A stretch of DNA of 64,000 bases, from assembly GCA_012295275.1 (NCBI GenBank), contig CM022665.1, positions 7,502,001-7,566,000 on the forward strand, given 5' to 3'. The stretch comes from Chrysomallon squamiferum. Taxonomy: Eukaryota; Animalia; Mollusca. Of the stretch, positions 54,791-64,000 are shown in pieces; position 1 is the stretch's first letter; every line of letters starts with the position of its first letter. Below the pieces are notes generated by a model. The model was not told where the DNA came from and searched no databases. It saw nothing but the letters and a program-made list of their open reading frames with translations. The translations under genes were made by a program, and so were the position numbers.

Positions 54791-57700
54791 ATTAGAATCA
54801 AATGGACAAAAAGATCTTTTTATTTTTTTTATTATTATTTTTTTTTATTATTATTTTTTCATGTGTTTTATAAAAATTTGGCTGAAATTGAAATTTTAAC
54901 ATTGTGATTGGCTGTATTTTCATGGACTTGTTATTCACATGTATCCTTTTTGTATATACACCATTCATCTCTGGATTGACAGTGTGAATGATGGAAATGA
55001 AAGTGGCCTCTGCAAGGAATCTCGTGAGATACACAACTCAGAAACTGATAGACCTTTAATAACAACAGGTCAATACAATCTGTACTATGTGACAGAATAG
55101 CAAATGGCAACTTGGACAGCCCATGAAACAAGAACAATCATGAATAAATTTAAATAGTGCATGATTATCAAATATTTTGTTAATCTGTGCTTGAAGACAT
55201 TTTAGTAGTGCATTTATTTCATCCCTTATATATAAGGGAACTGTCAGTCATTTATAACCATATCATTTGACAGAAAACAAACCTTCATTTTTGACTCGTA
55301 GAATTCATACAATTTCATACATAGATTGTTTTGGAATAGTGGTTTATAGTGTATTGTAATTTTCTTTTGGAGTTTAAAATTTTAATATTAATTTTAAATT
55401 TTTTTTTTTTTTTTTTTTAAATGTATTTCAAAATTGTGAAACTAAAATGGAAAATAAAGTCTCAGTTTTATGTGTAGCTGTCTAAAAATGAATTTCTTTG
55501 TTGTTTGTTATCTTGAAAAAAAAATTTTTTTTTAAAAGTGAAAGATGGTAGGGAAATAAAATGTGTTTGTGTATCACTGAATATGAATTTCAGTGTCATA
55601 TTAACTGTTCAGCAAGAATGCTGATCATGCCTTTTCTTGTTTTCCAATCTGTTTACAGTATATATAAATTATATTTTACCTTTCAAAATTATATATTGAA
55701 TCCAAGTATCTATCTATCTTTTTTTTTTTTTTGTCAAAACTGTTAAAGCACTTTCTAAAACTTAGACAACAAAATATATTTGGCATATTTAACTTTAGAT
55801 TTCACTTTTAGATTCAAGGAATTAGGAATTAAGTAATTAAATGTGTGTATGACTAAATACAAATAGAAATGTGTAATGTGATTTTATTTATTTATTTCTG
55901 GCATTTTGTTTAAGTGTAATTTATCTAATACATTAATCAAGTTTGTGCTGTTTGACCGGTTGTAACTAGTGTAAAGTTTTGAACAGCAGTAAATGTTTTA
56001 CATTTTATATCTTTAATATATGAATTTCAACACACCCCAAGTCACTGCCAGTTCATTGTCATTTGTATTAAACTTACGTACAGGGAAATGCCTCTTGTTT
56101 TGAAGAGCAGCTAATGGAAAGTACTAAAAGAAATAATTGGTCATATTTAAAGAAAGATGTTTTTGTTAAATGATAAACAAAACTCTCCCGTCTTCTGAAT
56201 AGACATATAGCACTTTTTTTGCTCCAGTTTCTGTAGGATGTTTGCACAGCTGCCTGCCATCATATGGCAGTGCTGCTGTTAATGAAACTTACTGTTGGAA
56301 GACACAAGTCCTATATAAATTGTGTCAAGTACAGTTTGGTGAAATCATTTTCATGAATCTGCGGTATTCAAAATCTTAAATTATTGTTTTCAACCAAGCT
56401 GGCTTGTGTTACATAGTACATTTTGAAGTTAAATTAGTCTGGGGAGGCCATTTCTGTAATGGAACCGATTCATATTAGTTTGGAGGAAAGTCATTCAAGA
56501 AAAATTACCTAAAAACAGTTAAATCTCTTCCTGCATATACGTGGAAGAAGTCGGTGCATCTGATTCATTCATTCATAATGTGTTTGTGAAACTATTCATA
56601 TTAGAGGCGTTGTATTTCACAAGTAAAAGGCAAGATTGAAGATTATGAAATGAATGTAAGACATTGTTAAATTTCATTATACATATGTAACACGTGGATC
56701 TCAGTAACCAGCAATTTATAAATGCAGCATTTTCCACTGTAGCAGTGAGTCTATTTTCAAAATAAACACTGAGTGAACTACATGTATTTACATACAAGCT
56801 CAATTTCAGTAGCTTCAACAGAATTTCTAGCACTGGAAAAAGTTAAACATTTCTGATTTCCAGCTGACAAAAATTAAAATGGAAGTTATTTTAAGACTGG
56901 TTACAAATCCAGTTGAAAAGCATATAATATTTAAAAAACAGGAAGGATTTTATGTGAAGAACTATTCAGTAGTTACTAATCATAGTGTAAAGTAAGTGAA
57001 TTGTTATTCATACAATTTATTTCAGTTCTGACTGAACAGCACCAAATTTCATTTGAACTTAAAAACAGTTTAAAAATAATAAAAATTGCAGAATAATGTC
57101 CTGGTTCACAACTATACATACAATTTGTAACTTCAAAATTACTTTTTATTTTTATATAGAAACCTTTAGATTAACAGTCCGTAAACTGAAAGTTATCTCG
57201 GAACAAAATTTATTTTTTAAAAATTAATTTCTAGTTTTGTAACAAATAAAATCACTTTGACAACTGCCAGTAAATGACAGGTGAACTAAAGTATGAACAC
57301 TATTTTTTTTTCTCCAGATTATTGCAACTGAAATTTGAACGCATAAAGAAATAGTGTAATTTGCAAGGTTGTCAGGATTCAAAATATGCTTTGGCCATGA
57401 AATTAAAAACCTTACAATTTAATGTTTATATAATATAATTTTTATTTTTAAGGTGTTACTTTCTCTACAGTTTTCTTAATTTGATGTCAACTTCAGATCT
57501 GGTTAACATCAGAGGTCGGACTTAATTATTTTATAAATTTGAAACATGGTTTAATGAACATACTTCTACTAACAACAGACAAAATGTATATATTATCAGT
57601 GTGTGTGTGTGTGTGTGGTGTGTGTGTTTGTTGTGTGTGTATGTTCGTTTATGGACACCTCAGCAATAAATTAAAAATGGCTATATGGCGTCATTCAAAT

Positions 57701-58482
57701 AACTACAAGATGATTTATTGTACATCTGAACATTTTCCATGGGGGATTTACAATATCTAATATAATAGATTATTTCGGAAAATGAACACGATAAAATAAA
57801 AGCAATGTTAAAAAATACGTTCGCATTTCTTATTAGGTATTAAACATGATCTTCTGATGATTAAGATAAAATCCACTTTCTGCGCTTACTGCAAAACACG
57901 TACATACATACATGAGTCTTTCATAAACAAGAAAAGATAACTCTTTTGTATTCACCTCATAGAAAAGCAAGCACATACCAAAACATTTGATAAAAACGAC
58001 TCGTATCTAACAAGTGAATTCAGCCCAGTATGCACGTCAGAAAAAACATTCGCATTCGTTTTAATTTTCTGAAATATTTCACTTGTTAATAATACGAACC
58101 TTGTATGATACGGACTGGATATTGTTGTGACCCTAAGCACACGTCCTAAAACACTAGTCCAAAATGACGGTTAATCTTTCATTCTATTTCATTTATATCA
58201 CGTTTCATTGAAACATTTATAAGAAATATATGCATGAATGAATAGTGTTTTAAGATACCTTAATATATTTGTGTTAATGGTTATTAAATGTATTACGTGA
58301 TTTTATGCTGGTATTAGTACAGAATCATTTGCCATATTAACAGTACAGTTACCCATCATCTACACGGCACCTTTTAAATGAGTGGTACTCTAGTCAGGAA
58401 ATTAGACAATTTCATTTGATGTAACATCGATCATAACAGTCAAGCATCAAACATCAACAAAACTGTCTTTTCATTCTTCCTT

Positions 58483-59921
58483 TCATCGGTCACAAAACAT
58501 TTTGAATGTAATGCGAGCGATGAGATATATGAATTCTCGTTCTTTTCGGGATACATAGTTCATCAGTTCGAGTTCAGGCAAGAAGAAATTATTTATAACC
58601 ACTTTGCCTGTCAACCACTTCTGAAGCTGGATCAGTGTCTGGCACAACCTGTGTGACTTTGACTTACTCTGCCACATATGGCGTTCATCGTACACTTTGT
58701 AAAACAATGTCCACATTAACGTGCGCAAATGATAGGTTGAAAATCGCGTCACTTCGAAGTTAACTCCAAATTCGGGATTTTCTGCTCGAATGCGATTAGC
58801 AGCGTTTTGTAATTTGTTCATGACCCGATTTTCATTTGGGATTGTGTCTGATGAGTTAGTTTTAGTGATTTCCAGAATTCTTTTCAGGATTCGCATTACC
58901 GCTTTTCTGCAAGTTTTACTTTCAGCAGGTGTACGTTTGTCAGCATATTTAGTTATTTTTTTCTCAGCCTGACAAAACGACATCCTCCACAAACGGCTAT
59001 CTGAAATGGAAGTGAAAATGATACTGAAAACAAAATATAGTAAATAAATAAATATTAAAATCAAAGTTCCAGGAAATCATTTTATCCTCCTTATTTACAG
59101 TTTTATTATATTATATTATATTATATTATATTATATTATATTATATTATATTATATTATATTATATATTTATTTATTTATATATTTATATATTTATTATT
59201 ATTGTAATCCTATGATAATCTTCAAAACATTAAGAATGTAATATAATTTTATATATGTGAATGCTGGAATCTAGTTATCTAATTTGCGTTCATCTTCTAA
59301 AATACACTTTTTTATTGTACATTAGAGATTACGTCAGCTAAGGTCGCTGACGCTACAACACTGACAAACAAGAAATTCCTACGTATCCGAAAATTTTAAG
59401 TAAAAAGAGCGTATCAGAGTAATCGTACAATATCGAAATTAATACCTTTTGTGGATGAAAGATCATTTTAAATAGGTTATTTAATTATAATAATTAACTT
59501 ACACATATCGTGAAATTTACCTTTCCCGATTTTGGAAACAACATGGAAGCCTTTCTCTTTTATCTTGTCAGATTCTTCTTTCCCAAGAAAGTCTAAAGAG
59601 TTTGCATGACTTGGCCATTGCCGTATTTCTAGAGCAGGCACAATATCCATGTCAAAATGTTGCCCTTTACTAGGATCGCTGTAATGCACGCAGAAACTCG
59701 GGGATTTTTCATATTTATCTTGTCCTGTATTTAATATATTAATAGAAAAAAATAAAAATAATAATACAAATTCAAAAATGGGGAGGGGAAATACGAACAA
59801 AGAAAAAGAAAACAAGGAAATTAAAACAAACATGATGCATATTCAGCCAAAGACAATTAGAAGAAGAAGAAGAGGCGACAACAGCTACAAAAATAATAAA
59901 ATTAGCAACGGCAAAAAACAA

Positions 59922-59954
<33 letters not shown>

Positions 59955-61663
59955 TCATATTATCGGAGTAAGATTTCTTCAAATCCTGCTTCAAGTATAA
60001 GCTTGTAATTACAACTGAAACAGTCAGGTGAGCATTAGTAAATATTTGCCACATTTCAAACAGTTACCCAATCTTCAGTTAGGTGAATAATGTATAGCAA
60101 TCGTTAAATAATACTATCTGAAGTTAAAATGTATCGATTTCAGTCACCAGTAGATTATGTTTTATTTTTTTCAGTTCACATTAGTTGGAGAATTTTGTAA
60201 GGGTACGTTATTTTAATCAGCATAATGTCCTCAATGTAACGGTTAGCTGAGCTCCTGAATGTCGTTTCTGCCTAACACGCAACTAATCATGAGATTTCGG
60301 AAATTATCCTCTGTATAATGCTTGGAAAAACAAAAACAATTCAGACAAACAAATCTATAATACAAAACAGAATGACAAATACCCATTTACAGAAAGAAAA
60401 ATAAATATATCGTCAGTCATGTATATATGAATGCATTTAATTTTATGCATCTGTTATGTATATAAAAAAAATATATTCAAACATCAGGCAGGCAGGCAGG
60501 GAGGCACAAAGAACGATAAACAAACAGACATACAGACAGATGAAACAATAACTTCTAGGTAAAACTGCTTACGTTCCCACTTCGTGAACTGTGAGTTTTT
60601 CATTATGCTTTCCAAATGCTGAAAAACATATTCCCGAAATTTCACTGCACTTATATAATTTCCGTCTAAAATGTCAACTTCTTCAGAGAGCTTGAATCTG
60701 CCGATGAAATTGACGAAACAGTGTCCGTAGGGTGCGTCTGTATACACTGCCTTTAGGTTCCGTATCTCAGGGATTAATAAACAGTCACTTTCATCAGCAG
60801 ACTTGACCTGCACAGTAAAATAAAATATTATATAATTAACAGTTTATTTTCTCCGTATTGTAGAGATGAACGAACGATTGTACACGGATGATTGTTTGGA
60901 AGCAGGACTTTAAAATAGATACAGTTACATTTTTTCTTCTTTTTGAAGCAAATCATTTATACTGATGTAAAGGAAATGGAATTTCTTTTTCCATCTTGAG
61001 AAAACAACAAGTAGAGGCAAAATAAAATAAAGAACAACAACAACAACTGCAATAACAAGAAGAAGAAGAAAAAGAAGAAGAAAGAATAGACAGAAAACTG
61101 CACAATAAATAAAATAAATAAAATAAATAAACGAATAAATAAATAAATAAAAATAATGCTCAGTCTATTTCTCAATATGATTTTTTACGTAAAATTTATA
61201 CAGTTAGAAGGGTAGTTTCGGTTATTTAATGATTCACAAATTGTTCGATTGTTGCAAATTATGAAATAGCTACCACACTGACCTTTGTTCCATCATAATA
61301 TGAACCGTCGTTTAAATAGCTCCATTCGAAAGGTGTCGTCTTCGTTAGTTCCTTAAGAATATGAGCCTTAAATTCATCAAAGGCGCACGAAGCAGCATTC
61401 ATCCCTTTTCTGCTGAGACGACAATCTTTTTCAAAAAATTTATTTAATTCTGCTTCCTTTCTCACTAGTTGCCTGACCTCGCCATCCTGCATCATGTTGT
61501 CAACAATCTGATCAAGCTCACGAATTCGTCCTTCCGGAATTTCCATTTTTCTTTTCAGCTCTTCTGAAGACGCTTCGCGACGTCTAACTGATGAACAAGC
61601 TGAAGAGTAACGTCGTACATTTGACAGATGTGGACTGTGTACGTCTTTCTTCCGACAGTTCAT
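58483..61663 (-). CDS. cGAS-like receptor (cGLR, Mab-21 family nucleotidyltransferase), about 445 aa
   Basis: Exons 61663-61283, 60807-60573, 59724-59521, 59000-58483 join in phase (1338 nt). Motifs GSYYDGTKVKSADESD, MDIVPAL, FHVVSK, WRMSFCQAEK, CRKAVMRILK, FSTYHLRT, NNFFLPELEL. The start codon is inferred; an acceptor at 61700 implies further upstream exons (candidate 63200-63185). Confidence 0.88.
59105..59165. repeat. (ATATT)n pentanucleotide repeat in a cGLR intron
   Basis: Direct reading. Confidence 0.95.
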
Positions 61664-62718
61664 CTTCGACTCGATCTGTCCACTTGATAAAATCCGATAC
61701 CTGAAATTTGATTTTTTAAAGAGTGACTCCACGAATAAATATTATCCGTAAATGTAAAGGTTTTGAAACTCATTAACTATTATCTCATTGAGCTTATAAC
61801 AATAAAAAAAAAAAAAAAAAGTTGTCAGTTCGCGAACACTATGAATTTAAACGACAGAAAAAAAAAGAAAAAAAAAAAGAGAATTATTTTACTTGAATAA
61901 ATAACATTTTCATCTGTATGTATTGACTGCAGTCTCAGCACATATGAATGCAAATAACAGTATTTTAGTTGCATAGCTCGAATACGTGTTATTTAGAAAA
62001 AAAAAAATAATAATAAAAAAGTTAACAAAACACAAAAACCACTACATATATACATGCACATAAACTACAGTAGACGAAAAGCAAAATAAAAAAGTAAATA
62101 AATAAAGGCAGGAATTCCATTCCTCTAAACTGCTACTAAATTGCACTTGTTTCAGTGTCCATCATATATTAATTTCGTGTATTTCTATCCTGAAACTATT
62201 AATTGCCTCAAAAGTATAAGGACTCAATTCTTATAATTACTGTATGGTGTTATAATGATTCGCTGCTACAAATATAATGTTTTTTTCTGAAATAAAAACG
62301 AATTCTTCAGATGCATTTTTTCTTCTATATTCGCTGGGGAAACGTTGATTAACTGAACATTTATATTTCCTTTTTATACGAAAGTATCATTTCAACAATA
62401 AACAGCAACACGAGTCGAAACGTGACTCAGTCTGTATTGGACACAAGCAAATTAAAATAGTAACACTCGTCTTTCTTCTCACTACCGACCTACGCGAACA
62501 CACACTTGATTTCACCTATGACTTTAAATTACGAAACTCGTGTTTCCGATTTGTAATCCACTACCTAAAAAGGATAAGTGGGCGAACATCATCGTGAAAT
62601 TCCTGGAAAATGTATTTCCAATTTTCGCCTTATTTCGATGACTTCATATTCTATTTATTAGAGGTGTTATATGTTAGAGGTAATGACCTACATATGTAAA
62701 AATTGCCGTTTCTGACAG

Positions 62719-62755
<37 letters not shown>

Positions 62756-63544
62756 GTTTGATAATAAATCATAAGCTTAAGTCCAGATTGAATACGATAT
62801 ATAAAGTTCCTTATAATTAATTTAATTAGAACAAAAGAAAAATGAAAAAAACAGAAGGCGATAATAAATGAATAAATAATAATAATAATAATTTTATTAA
62901 TAATAATAATAATATATTAATAATAATATTAATATTAATAATAATAATAATATTAATAATAATAATAATAATTATAATAATAAAATTATTATTATTATTA
63001 CTGTTGTTGTTGTTGCTGCTGTTGTATGATAATACATTAATTTATCCGCAATAATGTCTTAAAACAAATCTGAATGAATGAATGAATAAATATTAATGAA
63101 TGTTTGCTATAAGTTTTTTGTTCTCGAGTATAGGCCATAATTCAAACAATAAAAAGGTTATATTTAGATACGGCAAACACTTACCTCTGATAATATAAAC
63201 CTGCCAAAAAAGATGACCTTCAGAGAGCTTAGAAAGTCAAATGTTTCGTGGTCTTTGCCTTCCAACCCAGAAATATATTTCTGTAATAAGATATGACTTA
63301 ATATTTAATGGCTCAGAACAGATTTTAATATTAACAAGATTATATACAAACATAAAGTTTTTATATGATAATTATATGAAACAGAGAATCACTGTTGTAA
63401 CTACTGCTATCGATTAGTAGGAAGTCGTTTCATTTATGTACCTATCCATAAACAGGAAAACACTGGCTTAGATAATACAGTTGTTCTGTACCGGCTTTAA
63501 CGGTGAATATGACACGTTTTAAATGCACAGTTAATGGATTGATA

Positions 63545-63720
63545 CATTATGTGATGACAAACAAAACTCGCCGTCGAGTTGTGTGAGGCTACTCTCTTGT
63601 GATCAAAAGCAAGGGATCTTTTGTGTGAAATTTCTCAACGACAGGAAAACACATACCACAGCCTTTTGTTTGTCACGTCAAGCAGTACAAGCTGGAGCGG
63701 GAAAACGCCAAAATGAGAAC
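63545..63720. mobile_element. Decayed SINE (MetaSINE-like core); related copies near 1835-1960, 8560-8625, 12230-12420 and 20655-20730
   Basis: Shared core AGCAAGGGATCTTTT...ACATACCACAGCCTT in several dispersed copies on both strands. The family name is from recollection only. Confidence 0.55.
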
Positions 63721-64000
63721 TCTTGATTGTGAATGTCAGGCATGGAACTGATATAAATTATTTTAAAGAAAAAGGGTAGAAGAAAGAACGAAAGGCAGAA
63801 AGAAAGAAAGAAAGAAAGAAAGAATAGAAGAAAGTATAAGAAAAGATAACTGTTTTAAAAAAACACAATTTACCGTTTCGTTGTGCTTTTTTTTTTTTTT
63901 TCATTTTTCTAAACACCTGATGACTGCATTCGAAAAATAAAATAACCTGAACCTCTAAGTGAAAAAAAGAAACGTATACCTGCAGTTAACCACTACTGAG

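Noticed and set aside
61664-61732. GTG start given by the ORF track for the cGLR
   Set aside because: Eukaryotic gene; a splice acceptor lies at 61700 and the first in-frame ATG is 61663.
1-64000. CRISPR arrays, tRNA or rRNA genes, and the remaining 60-120 aa ORFs
   Set aside because: No repeat-spacer array or recognisable structural RNA gene was seen; the remaining ORFs are AT-rich, microsatellite-derived or antisense to real exons.

Overview
AT-rich animal genomic DNA with spliceosomal introns; the repeat content suggests a mollusc, probably a gastropod (inference). Six protein-coding genes were assembled by hand from GT-AG exons: (1) the 3' end of FIG4 (+); (2,3) a head-to-head pair of compact macrodomain-PARP paralogs (- and +) whose first exons are about 270 bp apart, both keeping an H-Y-E catalytic triad, with IRF-like motifs between them; (4) a signal-peptide JmjC/cupin dioxygenase with an EF-hand and C-terminal KDEL (-); (5) hnRNP Q/R (SYNCRIP-like, +); (6) a cGAS-like receptor/Mab-21 nucleotidyltransferase (-). 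Introns hold MITEs, SINEs and decayed LINE, LTR and DNA-transposon remnants. Best leads: the minimal macro-PARP pair, a one-base shift at TTT-TAA in one paralog, nested RNA helices around a SYNCRIP exon whose skipping switches the last exon's frame, the ER-lumen JmjC enzyme, and the unusual cGLR. All exon structures are manual predictions without transcript evidence.
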